This document shows positions 1 through 13,419 of a stretch of DNA of 64,000 nucleotides, piece after piece. Both the position numbers and the translations under genes were made by a program. Positions within the stretch are counted from its first letter, which is position 1. Each line of letters begins with the position of its first letter. The DNA is from an uncultured Gemmatimonadales bacterium. GTDB lineage: Bacteria; Gemmatimonadota; Gemmatimonadetes; Gemmatimonadales; GWC2-71-9. Under the pieces are notes generated by a model. It was not told where the DNA came from and searched no databases. It saw only the letters and a list, made by a program, of their open reading frames with translations. The DNA is taken from contig CAWJIM010000016.1 of NCBI GenBank assembly GCA_963842945.1, positions 160,001 to 224,000 of the forward strand. Direction: 5' to 3'.

Positions 1-918
1 GACGTGGAGGAGATGTGTCACCGCATCGAGGGGCTTCGGCTGCGGGGTTGTAAGGGCACGACCGGGACGCAGGCCTCTTTCCTTCAGCTGTTCGGTGGGG
101 ACCACGAGAAGGTCCGCGAGCTCGACCGGCGGGTGGCGATGAAGCTGGGAGTTCACCAGACGTTTGCGGTGACTGGCCAGACCTATACCCGCAAGGCCGA
201 CAGCGTGGTCCTGGAGGCCCTTGGCGGCATCGCCCAGTCAGCATCGAAGATGGCCGGTGATCTCCGGCTGCTGCAGCACGAGGGAGAGCTGCTCGAGCCC
301 TTCGAGTCTGAGCAGATCGGCTCCAGCGCCATGGCCTACAAGCGCAACCCGATGCGGGCGGAGCGCATCAGCGGCCTGGCACGGTACGTCATGGCATTAC
401 CGGCCAACACCTCCCAGACCGCAGCGACCCAGTGGCTGGAGCGCACCCTGGACGACAGCGCAAACCGGCGGCTCACACTCCCCGAAGGATTCCTGGCCAC
501 CGATGCCATTCTGGTTCTGGCCACGAACATCGCCGCAGGGCTGGAGGTGCGGGAAGACGTGATCCGGCAGCACGTGGCGGACCAGATGCCGTTCATGGCC
601 ACTGAGCGCTGGCTGATGCTGGGGGTTGGTGCGGGTGGGGACCGCCAGGCGCTGCACGAGGTAATCCGGCGGCACAGCCTGGCCGTGGCGGAGGCGGTGA
701 GCCGGGGCGAGGCCAACGATCTGCTGGCACGGCTCGCGGCGGATCCCGCCTTCCGGACCGTCTCGACGGCTGCACTCCAGGCCGAGCTGGACCCGGTTAA
801 CTACACCGGCCGGGCGGCGCAGCAGGTCCCGGAGTTTATCGACGAGTACCTGCAACCGCTGCTGGCTCGTGCCCGGCCGTTGGCAGCAGAGGCCGAAGCA
901 ACGGAGGTGGTGGTATGA
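1..918 (+). CDS. purB: adenylosuccinate lyase (5'-truncated by window)
   Basis: Fumarase-superfamily signature GSSAMAYKRNP and KGTTGTQAS; ATGA overlap with purC. Confidence 0.95.
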   Translation, partial: DVEEMCHRIEGLRLRGCKGTTGTQASFLQLFGGDHEKVRELDRRVAMKLGVHQTFAVTGQTYTRKADSVVLEALGGIAQSASKMAGDLRLLQHEGELLEPFESEQIGSSAMAYKRNPMRAERISGLARYVMALPANTSQTAATQWLERTLDDSANRRLTLPEGFLATDAILVLATNIAAGLEVREDVIRQHVADQMPFMATERWLMLGVGAGGDRQALHEVIRRHSLAVAEAVSRGEANDLLARLAADPAFRTVSTAALQAELDPVNYTGRAAQQVPEFIDEYLQPLLARARPLAAEAEATEVVV

Positions 919-1844
919 GGCCGCAGGCCACGCTGGTGCAGAGCCGTTTGCCGCTCCCTTTGCTGCGCCGGGGAAAGGTGCGCGAGGTCTACGAGGTCGA
1001 CGACGAGCACCTGCTGATCGTCGCGAGCGATCGGGTGAGTGCGTTTGACGTGGTGATGCGGGAGCCGGTGCCCTACAAGGGCGCGGTGTTGACTCAAATC
1101 AGCGCTTTCTGGTTCGAGCGCTTGGCCGACGTCTTTCCCTCGCATTACATCACGGCCCGAACCGGGGAAATCATTGAGCGGCTACCTGAGCTGGGCGGCA
1201 TCCGGTCCGAGCTGGCGGGTCGGGCCATGCTGGTTCGACGGGCGCCGCCCGTGCCCTTCGAGTGCGTGGTGCGAGGTTACCTCTCGGGCTCGGCCTGGGC
1301 GGAATACCGCGACCGGGGAACGTTGGCGGGCGAGCGGCTGCCGCAGGGACTGGTGGAAAGCCAGCGGCTGGATCCTCCACTCTTTTCGCCCGCAACCAAG
1401 GCGGAAACCGGACACGATCTCAACGTCACCTTCGGTGCCGTGGGGGAGACGCTGGGACGCGATCTCGCAGAGCGGCTCCGGGATGCCAGCTTTGCCATCT
1501 ATGAGGCGGGTCGAGACCACGCCGCCCGGAACGGTATTATCATCGCCGATACAAAATTCGAGTTCGGGATGGACCCCCACGGCGAGCTGCGGCTGATCGA
1601 TGAGCTTCTGACGCCCGACTCTTCCCGGTTCTGGCCGGCCGACCGGTACCAGGCGGGCCATGCCCAGCCCAGCTTCGACAAGCAACCGCTCCGGGACTAT
1701 CTGGCCTCCCTCAAGTCGGCCAGCCAATGGACCGGCGAAGCCCCTCCGCCGGCGCTTCCTCCTGAAGTTGTGCAGGCCACCAGCCGACGCTATCTCGAGG
1801 CCTTCCGTTTGCTCACCGGACGTGAGCTGGTGGTCGACCCGTGA
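915..1844 (+). CDS. purC: SAICAR synthase
   Basis: GKVREVY, SDRVSAFD, ECVVRGY, ADTKFEFG, DELLTPDSSRFW motifs. Confidence 0.97.
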   Translation: MRPQATLVQSRLPLPLLRRGKVREVYEVDDEHLLIVASDRVSAFDVVMREPVPYKGAVLTQISAFWFERLADVFPSHYITARTGEIIERLPELGGIRSELAGRAMLVRRAPPVPFECVVRGYLSGSAWAEYRDRGTLAGERLPQGLVESQRLDPPLFSPATKAETGHDLNVTFGAVGETLGRDLAERLRDASFAIYEAGRDHAARNGIIIADTKFEFGMDPHGELRLIDELLTPDSSRFWPADRYQAGHAQPSFDKQPLRDYLASLKSASQWTGEAPPPALPPEVVQATSRRYLEAFRLLTGRELVVDP

Positions 1845-2494
1845 TCCGAACGGCACCGGAAGGTCGCTGGTTCATGGTTATCGCCTGGGCCATTTCGCTG
1901 GGGCTCTGGCTGGCAGTTTGGCGCTACGCGACTCCAACTTGGTGGATCGCCGCTGTGCTCTGGACCGTGCTGGCGGTCTGGGTGGTAGCCTTCTTTCGAG
2001 ATCCCAATCGCCAGGGCCAACGGGGAGACCGACTCATCCTGGCTCCGGCCGATGGCAAGGTGGTGAGTATCGTCGAAGTCGAGGAGCCGGCTTTTTTCCA
2101 GGGGCGGGCCACCCGGGTCTCGATTTTCATGAACGTGTTCAACTGCCACGTGAATCGGTATCCCACGGACGGAACGGTGGAGTACCGCCAGTACAACCCC
2201 GGCAAGTTCGGTCACGCCGCCGCTGAGAAGTCGAGTCTGGACAACGAACAGTCCAGCGTTGGGCTGGTCAATGGGCGGGGGAAGGTTCTGATCCGTCAGA
2301 TCGCGGGTCTGATCGCTCGACGGATCGTCACCGATCACGAGGTGGGAACTCGAGTGCAGCAGGGTCAGCGCATGGGGATGATTCGCTTCGGCTCTCGAGT
2401 CGACCTGTTCTTGCCTCCGGCCAATGCCCGCGTCCTGGTCAAGACCGGCGATAACACTCTGGTAGGAGTAACTGTGGTGGCCGAATGGAGCTGA
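1841..2494 (+). CDS. psd: phosphatidylserine decarboxylase proenzyme (short type)
   Basis: N-terminal TM helices, FFRDP, APADGKV, HVNRYP, self-cleavage motif RFGSRVD. Confidence 0.93.
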   Translation: MIRTAPEGRWFMVIAWAISLGLWLAVWRYATPTWWIAAVLWTVLAVWVVAFFRDPNRQGQRGDRLILAPADGKVVSIVEVEEPAFFQGRATRVSIFMNVFNCHVNRYPTDGTVEYRQYNPGKFGHAAAEKSSLDNEQSSVGLVNGRGKVLIRQIAGLIARRIVTDHEVGTRVQQGQRMGMIRFGSRVDLFLPPANARVLVKTGDNTLVGVTVVAEWS

Positions 2495-3363
2495 GACAGC
2501 GACGCGAGCGCCTTCCCCGACCGACCATGCGTCATGTGGTGGTGGTGATGCCGAGTGCCTTCACGCTCGGCAATCTGTTCTTTGGCTTCTGGTCTATCGT
2601 GTCGGCGTTCAACGGCAATTTCCGATGGGCGGGATGGTTCATCGTCTTCGCCGGAATTCTCGACATGCTGGATGGGCGGGTGGCCCGACTGTCCGGCACC
2701 GGAACCCGCTTCGGCGAGCAGCTCGATTCTTTGGTGGACCTGATCTCCTTCGGGATGGCCCCCGCCCTGCTGATGTACTTCCTTGATTTTTCCAATGCCG
2801 GCCGCTTCGCCTGGATCCTGTGCTACATCTACGTGGTCGCGGTTGCACTGCGATTGGCCCGCTTCAACGTGCTCTCTGCCGGCAGGCCTTCCACCGGCTG
2901 GTTCACTGGCATGCCCTCACCCTCGGCCGGCATGACGCTGGCCGTCTACTATCCCTTCAGCCAAACCAACTGGTATCGCGCCTCACTGGCCTACCTCGAT
3001 TTGCAGCACGAGGGATTGGTCGTGCTCATGCTGTTGCTGGCGGTGCTGATGGTCAGCAACGTCAAGTACCCGAAGTTTCCTCCTATCGGGGTCCGAAGCG
3101 CGCGAGGGATTCTGGGCCTCACCGTCCATCTCCTCATTCTGCTCGGCGGAATCTTCGCACCTGAGTATTTTTTGTTCCCATTGGGATTGTTGTATATGGC
3201 CTTCGGACTGATCCGCACGACAGTGCTGGGACTGATGGAACGGCCGGAGCCGGTCACGGTGGTCGGGGAGCGTGTGGCCGACGCCCATGATCCTACGCTG
3301 CCGCCACCGCTCTCGCATGAGCGCCGGAGACACTCAGGGGACCGCCGACAGGAGGCCGAATAA
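2485..3363 (+). CDS. pssA: CDP-diacylglycerol--serine O-phosphatidyltransferase
   Basis: CDP-alcohol phosphotransferase motif DMLDGRVAR...FGEQLDSLVD, RLARFN; adjacent to psd. Confidence 0.92.
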   Translation: MELRQRRERLPRPTMRHVVVVMPSAFTLGNLFFGFWSIVSAFNGNFRWAGWFIVFAGILDMLDGRVARLSGTGTRFGEQLDSLVDLISFGMAPALLMYFLDFSNAGRFAWILCYIYVVAVALRLARFNVLSAGRPSTGWFTGMPSPSAGMTLAVYYPFSQTNWYRASLAYLDLQHEGLVVLMLLLAVLMVSNVKYPKFPPIGVRSARGILGLTVHLLILLGGIFAPEYFLFPLGLLYMAFGLIRTTVLGLMERPEPVTVVGERVADAHDPTLPPPLSHERRRHSGDRRQEAE

Positions 3364-3614
3364 TGACCTTTCGGGTACACGTGCGAGTGATGCCGCGCAC
3401 CGGGCTGCTGGATCCCCAGGGCCAGGCCGTCGAGCACGCGCTTTCGGCCCTCGGTTTTGCCGAAGCCGGAGCCGTCCGGGTCGGCCGGGCGATTGAGCTG
3501 GACCTGGATGCCGGTTCACGGGACGAGGCAGAAGCGAGGGCCCGGCTGATGTGCGACAAGTTACTGGCCAATCCGGTCACCGAGGACTATCTGCTGGCCG
3601 TGGAGGAGGACTGA
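3363..3614 (+). CDS. purS: FGAM synthase subunit PurS
   Basis: LLDPQG and LLANPV motifs, 83 aa. Confidence 0.95.
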   Translation: MTFRVHVRVMPRTGLLDPQGQAVEHALSALGFAEAGAVRVGRAIELDLDAGSRDEAEARARLMCDKLLANPVTEDYLLAVEED

Positions 3615-4330
3615 TGACCCGGGTGGCGATCGTGCGTTTTCCCGGCAGCAACTGCGACTTCGACACCCTGCGTGCCGCCCAGAGCCACGGTGGAGAGGCC
3701 TACTTTGTGTGGCATCGCGACACCGATCTGAAGGGCGCCGACATCGTCATACTCCCCGGCGGCTTCAGTTACGGCGACTACCTGCGGAGCGGTGCTATTG
3801 CGCGATTCAGCCCCATCATGCAGGCGGTGCAGCGCCACGCCGCCGATGGAGGACCGCTGCTCGGGATCTGTAATGGATTCCAAATCCTGTGCGAGGCCCA
3901 GCTGCTGCCCGGGGCTCTGTTGAGGAATGCGGGGCTCACGTTCGTTTCCAAGCCGGTCGATGTCACCGTCGAGCAAACCGACACGGCGTTCACCTGTGAT
4001 TACGAGCCGGGAGCCCGGCTGCGCCTACCGGTAGCTCACGGAGAAGGGCGGTACGTGGCCTCGCCCGACACCCTGCGCATGCTCGAGGCCGAGGGCCTGG
4101 TAGTTCTCCGGTACGTCGCCGCTACGGAGCGCTCGCCGTTCCAACCGAACCCCAACGGCGCGACCAATCACATCGCCGGTATCTGCAATCCCGCGGGCAA
4201 CATCGTGGGCATCATGCCCCATCCCGAGCGGGCAATTGACCGCCTGCTCGGCTTAACGGGAGGGGGCGGGTTCTTCACCTCTCCCGTCTCATCGCACCAG
4301 AACGCCGCCACCGCAAGGACTCAGGAATGA
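3614..4330 (+). CDS. purQ: FGAM synthase glutaminase subunit PurQ
   Basis: FPGSNC, PGGFSYGDYLR, GICNGFQ, MPHPER; ATG at 3614 overlaps the purS TGA. Confidence 0.96.
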   Translation: MTRVAIVRFPGSNCDFDTLRAAQSHGGEAYFVWHRDTDLKGADIVILPGGFSYGDYLRSGAIARFSPIMQAVQRHAADGGPLLGICNGFQILCEAQLLPGALLRNAGLTFVSKPVDVTVEQTDTAFTCDYEPGARLRLPVAHGEGRYVASPDTLRMLEAEGLVVLRYVAATERSPFQPNPNGATNHIAGICNPAGNIVGIMPHPERAIDRLLGLTGGGGFFTSPVSSHQNAATARTQE

Positions 4331-4695
4331 AGTCGGACAAGCCCAGTCGCAACGAAGAGGAATACTTTGCCCGCGAAGACGCCGAATTGATGCGGCGTGA
4401 GCGGGCGCGCGCCCACGCGGCTTCCACCGCGGCGGAACGCGAGTCACACTACATGAAGTGCCCCAAGGATGGCTACGATCTCACCAGCAGCAATGTTCAC
4501 GGGGTTCAGATCGAGACCTGTCCTCATTGCGGCGGCATGTGGCTCGACCCGGGTGAACTGGAGGCCGTGTCCCACGAGGAGCGGCCGAATGTGTTCACCC
4601 GAGTGCTGTCCGACGTGCTTTCGACCTTCCGCCGGTCTCCCCGGGGTCGCCAGGCGGACAAGCCCGTGCATGACCCGGGCAACCCTCTCAGCTGA
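4327..4695 (+). CDS. zf-TFIIB-type Zn-ribbon protein with N-terminal charged helix
   Basis: MKCPKD...ETCPHCGGMWLDPGELE; ATGA overlap with purQ. Confidence 0.8.
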   Translation: MKSDKPSRNEEEYFAREDAELMRRERARAHAASTAAERESHYMKCPKDGYDLTSSNVHGVQIETCPHCGGMWLDPGELEAVSHEERPNVFTRVLSDVLSTFRRSPRGRQADKPVHDPGNPLS

Positions 4696-4704
4696 GGAGC
4701 GGGA

Positions 4705-7017
4705 GTGACGGTTTCCGGCGTTGTCAGCGCAGCCAGCGAAACGATCACAGGGCCGGGGGAGCGTCCGGTAACTCCGGAGCTGGTGCGAGAGCACAACATC
4801 AACGAGCTCGAGTACAGCCGGATCGTCGACCTGCTTGGCAGGACGCCCAGCTTCACGGAGCTCGGGGTCTTCTCCGCATTATGGTCGGAGCACTGCTCGT
4901 ATAAGCACTCCAGGCCGGTGCTGAAATCGTTCCCCACAGCAGGACCCCACGTTGTCCAGGGCCCGGGGGAGAACGCCGGAGTCCTGCGTCTGCCGGATGG
5001 GTGGGCGGTGGCCTTCAAGATCGAGTCCCACAATCACCCCTCTGCGGTCGAGCCCTACCAGGGGGCTGCTACCGGAGTCGGGGGTATCCTGCGCGACGTG
5101 TTCACAATGGGTGCTCGTCCGGTCGCTCTCCTGAATAGCCTCCGTTTTGGTCCACTGGATCATCCCCGCAACCGCTACCTCTTTGCCGGGGTGGTTCGCG
5201 GGGTCGGGGATTACGGGAACTGCGTCGGAGTCCCCACCCTCGGCGGCGAGGTGAACTTCGCTCCCGGGTACACCGGCAATCCGCTGGTGAACGCGATGTG
5301 CGTGGGACTGCTCCACGAGAACGATCTGATCAGAGCAGCCGCGCACGGTGTGGGGAACGTGCTGCTGGCAGTCGGTGCCCGCACCGGCCGCGATGGCATT
5401 CACGGTGCCAGCTTTGCGTCGGAGGAACTGTCCGAGAAGAGCGAAAGCCGGAGGCCCCAGGTCCAGGTGGGAGATCCCTTCACCGAAAAGCTGCTGCTGG
5501 AGGCGAGCCTGGAGCTGATCACCTCGAGGCTGATCGTGGCGATTCAGGATATGGGAGCGGCCGGACTCACCAGTTCCTCGGCCGAGATGGCCGCGCGGGG
5601 CGGCGTCGGGGTGGAGATCGATACCGGGCTGGTTCCCGTCCGGGAAGCGGGAATGACGCCGTACGAGATTCTCCTGTCCGAGTCGCAGGAGCGCATGCTG
5701 GTGGTGGCGGAGCCATCTCGGGTGGCCGAGGTCCAGGCGGTGTGCGCCAAATGGGAGCTCGACGCCACCGAGATCGGCCGGGTGACCGACGATGGCATGT
5801 TCCGGGTCAAGCACCATGGGCAGACGGTCGTCTCCATTCCTGGCCGCCGCCTGGTCGAAGACTGCCCGGTCTATTACCCCGAGGCCGAAGAAGCTGAAGA
5901 GGCGCGGCTTCGGCGATCTCAGATCGATCCGGGAGAGCCGGTGGCCGATCTCGAGGGCGCATTGGAGCTGCTTCTCGACAACGCGAACATCGCCAGCAAG
6001 CGCTGGGTCTACGAGCAATACGATTCGACAGTGCAGGCCTCCACCGTGCTTCCCCCCGGGTCTGACTCCGGCGTGATCCGGGTCCCGGGCAGCAACTTTG
6101 GCATTGCCATGTCGGTGGACTGCAACGCCCGGCTGGTAGCCCTCGATCCCTACGAGGGAGGCAAGGCCGCGGTGGCGGAAGCGGCCCGCAACGTGGCCTC
6201 GAGCGGAGCCAAGCCGTTGGGCATTACCAACTGCCTCAATTTCGGGAATCCCGAAAAACCCGACGTCTTCTTTCAGTTCCGCGAGGCTTGCCGAGGGATA
6301 GGGGACGCGTGCCGCGCCTTCGGCACTCCGGTCACTGGGGGCAACGTCTCCTTCTACAACGAGAGCCCCACCGGGGCGGTCGATCCCACTCCCACCATCG
6401 GCATGATCGGCCTGCTGGACGATGTAGAAGACCGGGTTGCCAGCTATTTCGACTCCCCGGGCGATGAGGTGTTCATTCTGGGCCAAACCAGCGGAATCCT
6501 GGGCGGGTCAGCCTATTGGGCCGACGTCTGCGATTTTGTCGGAGGCGATCCGCCGGCGGTGGATCTCGATGCCGAGCTTCGGCTGCAACGTTTCCTGGTG
6601 GACGCGGCTCAGCGCCGGATGCTGCGCTCGGCGCATGACTGCTCCGAAGGCGGCCTGGCGGTGGCGCTGGCGGAAGCCGTGATCGGCGGCCCTTACGTTC
6701 CGGGGAGCCTGGGTGCCGGACTCGACCTGACCGGCTACGCCCCCGAGCTGCCCATGGACGGACTGCTGTTCGGCGAGGATGGGGCCCGAGCGGTCATTTC
6801 GTGTTCCCCGGCCGCTGCCCGACCGCTCATCGCGTTGGCGGATCAGCACACTGTGCCGATCTTCCGGGCCGGGCTGGTCGAGAGTGCTGGAACCCTGGAA
6901 CTCCAAGTGGGCCCCCACCTGTTCTCCTGGAGCACCGAAGCATTGCGACGGATCTACTACGAGGCGATCCCCCGGCGAATGCAGCATGCCGACGTGGACC
7001 GCACGGCAGGAGAATAG
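4705..7017 (+). CDS. purL: FGAM synthase subunit PurL (small form)
   Basis: [31 protein letters not shown] motifs. Confidence 0.97.
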   Translation: MTVSGVVSAASETITGPGERPVTPELVREHNINELEYSRIVDLLGRTPSFTELGVFSALWSEHCSYKHSRPVLKSFPTAGPHVVQGPGENAGVLRLPDGWAVAFKIESHNHPSAVEPYQGAATGVGGILRDVFTMGARPVALLNSLRFGPLDHPRNRYLFAGVVRGVGDYGNCVGVPTLGGEVNFAPGYTGNPLVNAMCVGLLHENDLIRAAAHGVGNVLLAVGARTGRDGIHGASFASEELSEKSESRRPQVQVGDPFTEKLLLEASLELITSRLIVAIQDMGAAGLTSSSAEMAARGGVGVEIDTGLVPVREAGMTPYEILLSESQERMLVVAEPSRVAEVQAVCAKWELDATEIGRVTDDGMFRVKHHGQTVVSIPGRRLVEDCPVYYPEAEEAEEARLRRSQIDPGEPVADLEGALELLLDNANIASKRWVYEQYDSTVQASTVLPPGSDSGVIRVPGSNFGIAMSVDCNARLVALDPYEGGKAAVAEAARNVASSGAKPLGITNCLNFGNPEKPDVFFQFREACRGIGDACRAFGTPVTGGNVSFYNESPTGAVDPTPTIGMIGLLDDVEDRVASYFDSPGDEVFILGQTSGILGGSAYWADVCDFVGGDPPAVDLDAELRLQRFLVDAAQRRMLRSAHDCSEGGLAVALAEAVIGGPYVPGSLGAGLDLTGYAPELPMDGLLFGEDGARAVISCSPAAARPLIALADQHTVPIFRAGLVESAGTLELQVGPHLFSWSTEALRRIYYEAIPRRMQHADVDRTAGE

Positions 7018-7018
7018 C

Positions 7019-8409
7019 ATGTGTGGTATCATCGGCGTTTCCGCGCTACCTGACGCAGCCCGGCTGGCCTATCTCGGCCTCTACGCTCTGCAGCATCGGG
7101 GACAGGAGAGCGCGGGTATCGTGGCCATGGATGGGGAGGGTGTGGCCCGCTCTCACCGAGGCATGGGTCTGGTCTCGGAAAACTTCGACGATCAGAGCCT
7201 GGCCGGCCTTCCCGGTGACGTCGCGGTAGGGCACACCCGCTACTCGACCACCGGTAGCACGGTTCTCGCAAACGCACAGCCCTGCAGCGTCAACACCAGG
7301 TGTGGTCCCCTGGCCATCGCCCACAACGGCAACCTGATCAATGCCGATGCCATCAAGCGGGATCTGGTCGAGCGCGGCGCCATCTTCACTAGCTCGAGCG
7401 ACACCGAGGTGTTGGTGCACCTCATTGCCCGCTCGGACGAGGACACCGTAGATGATCAGATCCGGGATGCCCTGGAGCAGGTCGACGGCGCCTACAGCCT
7501 GATCATTACGGTTGGCCGGACCATGTATGCGGCGGTGGATAGCCGGGGCTTTCGGCCGCTGGTTATCGGCCGGCTGGGGACGGGCATCGTGGTAGCCTCG
7601 GAGTCATGCGCTCTCGATCTGATCGGGGCCACCTTCCATTGCGAGCTCCGGCCCGGTGACTTCGTCCGGGTCGACAATGGCCAGGTAACCCACCTGCCTC
7701 GCCTGGCTCCCCGGCCGGTCACGCGCTGCGTGTTCGAGCTGGTTTACTTCGCCCGCCCCGACAGCACCGTGTTCGGCGAGTCAGTCGACCGGGTCCGTCG
7801 GGAGCTGGGACGGCAACTAGCTCGGGAACAGCCCGCGCCGGACGGTGAGGTGGTGTTCAGCGTTCCCGACAGCTCCAACGCGATGGCGCTGGGATTTTCC
7901 GAGGTATCCGGGATCAAGCTGGAGTACGGGCTCATCCGGAACCATTATGTGGGGCGCACGTTCATCAATCCCACGCAGGCGCTCAGGGTGGCCAAGGTCA
8001 AGATCAAGTTCAACCCGGTGCGAGAAGTGATCCATGGCAAGTCGGTGGTTGTGGTGGATGACAGCCTGGTCCGGGGCAACACCAGCAAGGAGCTGGTGCA
8101 GATGATCCGCTCCGCCGGCGCCCGGGAGGTGCATCTCCGCCTGAGTTCACCGCCGATTACCGGCCCATGTCACTACGGCATCGACACGCCCAGCCGGGAA
8201 GAGCTGATCGCCGCCACCCACTCGATTGAAGAGATCCGTCAGTTCCTCGGCGTCGACAGCCTGGGCTACCTCTCGCTCAACGGGATGCTTCACGCGGCCG
8301 GCAAGGACACCGGATTCTGTCACGCCTGTTTCTCGGGCAAGTACCCTACCCCGACCCCTGACGACCCGGTGCGTCTTCGACATGCGACACCCCTGATCGC
8401 TACTCCCGC

Positions 8410-8413
<4 letters not shown>
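7019..8413 (+). CDS. purF: amidophosphoribosyltransferase
   Basis: Starts MCGIIG (Ntn Cys) at ATG 7019; QHRGQE, GHTRYST, VDDSLVRG; Fe-S-type cysteines. Confidence 0.97.
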
Positions 8414-11076
<2,663 letters not shown>

Positions 11077-11181
11077 CGTGCCGCGCGACGCAGGCCCGCG
11101 CAAAGATCCTTGCCATCCGCATCGGCCCGCCTCTAATTCCTGCCTCTCGAAGGTGATTGCGCGGCCCCAGTCTCCCGGAGG

Positions 11182-11682
11182 ATGCGAATGACGCAGCCCT
11201 TAGTAGGCATCGTGATGGGCAGCGACTCCGACTGGGACGTGATGCAGCACTCGGCCCGGCGGCTCAACGACTTCCAAGTCGAGTATGAAGCGCGCGTGGT
11301 TTCCGCTCATCGAACTCCCGACCTGCTCTACCGCTACGCCGAAGACGCCGCCGGGCGCGGACTGCGCTGCATCATTGCCGGAGCCGGTGGCGCAGCACAC
11401 CTGCCGGGCATGCTGGCGGCCAAGACGATTCTCCCGGTTCTCGGCGTTCCGGTTCCGACCAAACATCTCCAGGGGCTCGATTCGCTCCTTTCCATCGTGC
11501 AGATGCCCGCCGGCATTCCGGTGGCCACCTTTGCCATTGGCACCGCCGGCGCGGGGAACGCGGGACTCTATGCCATAGCGATTCTGGCGTTACAGGACCC
11601 CGACCTCGCCGAACGGCTGGAGGAGTTCCGCCGCTCCCAGGAGCGCCGGGCCCTCGACATGAGGCTGCCGGATCTCTCGTGA
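11182..11682 (+). CDS. purE: N5-CAIR mutase
   Basis: [36 protein letters not shown] upstream (start may be 11188). Confidence 0.96.
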   Translation: MRMTQPLVGIVMGSDSDWDVMQHSARRLNDFQVEYEARVVSAHRTPDLLYRYAEDAAGRGLRCIIAGAGGAAHLPGMLAAKTILPVLGVPVPTKHLQGLDSLLSIVQMPAGIPVATFAIGTAGAGNAGLYAIAILALQDPDLAERLEEFRRSQERRALDMRLPDLS

Positions 11683-12809
11683 TTCTTCCCGGCGCGACGG
11701 TGGGAGTTCTGGGCGGAGGGCAGTTGGGAAGGATGTTTGCCCTGCAGGCAAGGACGATGGGATACCGGGTCGTGGTGCTCGATCCCGATTCGAAGAGTCC
11801 GGCCGCGGCCGTGGCCGATCAGCACATCCGGACCGGATACGAGGACCCGAAGGGCCTGGACCACCTGGCCAAGCTCTGCGCCGCGGTGACGACCGAGTTT
11901 GAGAACGTGCCGGCGGGGGCACTCGAGCGCCTGGCCAATTCGTGCATAGTGCGTCCATCCGGCCAGGCGGTGGCAATAGCTCAGGATCGGATTTCTGAAA
12001 AGACCTTCTTCCAAAGCCACGGCCTCGCCACAGCCAAGTTTCGTCCCGTCCGAGATTTGAAGGAACTGGAAGCCGCCGTGATCCATGTCGGGCTTCCGGG
12101 GCTACTGAAGACCAGCCGGTTGGGGTACGATGGGAAGGGACAGATTCTGGTGACCGAAGCGGCGGCAGCGCGCGAAGCCTTTGCCCGGCTGGGGTCGGTG
12201 CCCTGTGTTCTGGAGGAGCGGGTCGAGCTCGAGTGCGAGCTGTCGGTCATCGTAGCCCGGGGCGCAGACGGAGCGCAGGCCGTGTTCCCGCTAGCCGAGA
12301 ATCGGCATCGTGACGGGATCCTGGACACCTCCGTGGTACCGGCCAGGGTCTCGGAAAAACTGGCTAAGCAAGCCAGCGCGCTTGTCACCGAAGTTGCCGC
12401 GGCTCTCGAATATGTAGGAGTGCTCGGCGTCGAGCTGTTCGTCACCAAGGCAGGAGAGCTGCTGGTCAATGAGATGGCGCCCAGGCCTCATAACACCGGA
12501 CACTACACGCTGGATGCCTGCTCAGTAGACCAGTTCGAGCTCCAGCTGCGGACCCTCTGCGGCCTTCCATTGGTCCAGCCCTGGCTACTATCCCCGGTCA
12601 CCATGATCAACCTGCTCGGCGACCTGTGGAACGGGGGCGAGCCCCGGTGGGAGGAGGCCCTGCGCCGACCCGGGGTGCGTCTGCATCTTTACGGTAAGGC
12701 AGAAGCCCGGCCCGGCAGAAAGATGGGTCACTTGAACTGCCTGGCCGCGACTGCCGATCAGGCCTTGACCCTCGCGCTGGAAAGCCGCAAGGCCTTGCGA
12801 CGCAACTAA
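11679..12809 (+). CDS. purK: N5-CAIR synthetase
   Basis: [34 protein letters not shown]...GRKMGH. Confidence 0.96.
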   Translation: MILPGATVGVLGGGQLGRMFALQARTMGYRVVVLDPDSKSPAAAVADQHIRTGYEDPKGLDHLAKLCAAVTTEFENVPAGALERLANSCIVRPSGQAVAIAQDRISEKTFFQSHGLATAKFRPVRDLKELEAAVIHVGLPGLLKTSRLGYDGKGQILVTEAAAAREAFARLGSVPCVLEERVELECELSVIVARGADGAQAVFPLAENRHRDGILDTSVVPARVSEKLAKQASALVTEVAAALEYVGVLGVELFVTKAGELLVNEMAPRPHNTGHYTLDACSVDQFELQLRTLCGLPLVQPWLLSPVTMINLLGDLWNGGEPRWEEALRRPGVRLHLYGKAEARPGRKMGHLNCLAATADQALTLALESRKALRRN

Positions 12810-12828
12810 CAACTGAGGAGCCAGGATC

Positions 12829-13407
12829 ATGTTTTTTCTGCCCGCGCTTATGCTGGTCAGCCGCATCAGCGTCGCCTCACCTGCCGTAGCACATCCCGAC
12901 ACCACCTGCCCCCACCGAAATGTTCCGCTGGAGGCACGCAAGAGTCCGCTCGACTCACTGACATTCGGCGTCTCCGGTCAGCAGGTGAAAGTTTGCTATG
13001 GCCGCCCCAGCTCGAGGGGAAGGACCATGCTCGGCGGAGCGGAGGTGCCCTACGGGAAGCTGTGGCGAACCGGGGCCAACGAGCCCACCATCTTCTACGC
13101 GCCGGTTCCCCTGAGTGTGGCGGGTATTCGGGTGCAGCCCGGCGTATACTCGTTGTATACGGTGCCGGGGAAGAGCGAGTGGGAAGTCATCGTAAATCGC
13201 TCAATTTCCCAGTGGGGCAAAGAGGACCAGTACACCGACCAGGTGAAGGCTCAAGAGGTAGGAAGAGCGAAGGTGAAGAGTGAGACCACCAGCAAACCAG
13301 TGGAGACCTTCACCATCCGGAGCGAGCCCGGCGGTGGCAAAGCCGCGTCGCTGGTGCTCGAGTGGGAAAAGAGCCGAGTAAAGATCCCGGTGCAGGCCGC
13401 GAGCTAG
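12829..13407 (+). CDS. exported DUF2911-family protein
   Basis: Signal-like N-terminus; YGRPSSRGR...YGKLWRTGANE...PGVYSLYTVP pattern. Confidence 0.8.
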   Translation: MFFLPALMLVSRISVASPAVAHPDTTCPHRNVPLEARKSPLDSLTFGVSGQQVKVCYGRPSSRGRTMLGGAEVPYGKLWRTGANEPTIFYAPVPLSVAGIRVQPGVYSLYTVPGKSEWEVIVNRSISQWGKEDQYTDQVKAQEVGRAKVKSETTSKPVETFTIRSEPGGGKAASLVLEWEKSRVKIPVQAAS

Positions 13408-13419
13408 TTCGCCACGGCG

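Noticed and set aside
4879..6486. Long antisense ORFs (also 61461-63059, 56296-57258, 10318-11103)
   Set aside because: Shadow ORFs typical of high-GC coding DNA; no recognisable motifs
11077..11181. Purine/ZTP/PRPP riboswitch before purE
   Set aside because: Spacer is short and no aptamer consensus was recognised; only a weak TTGCCA..TCTAAT promoter-like match
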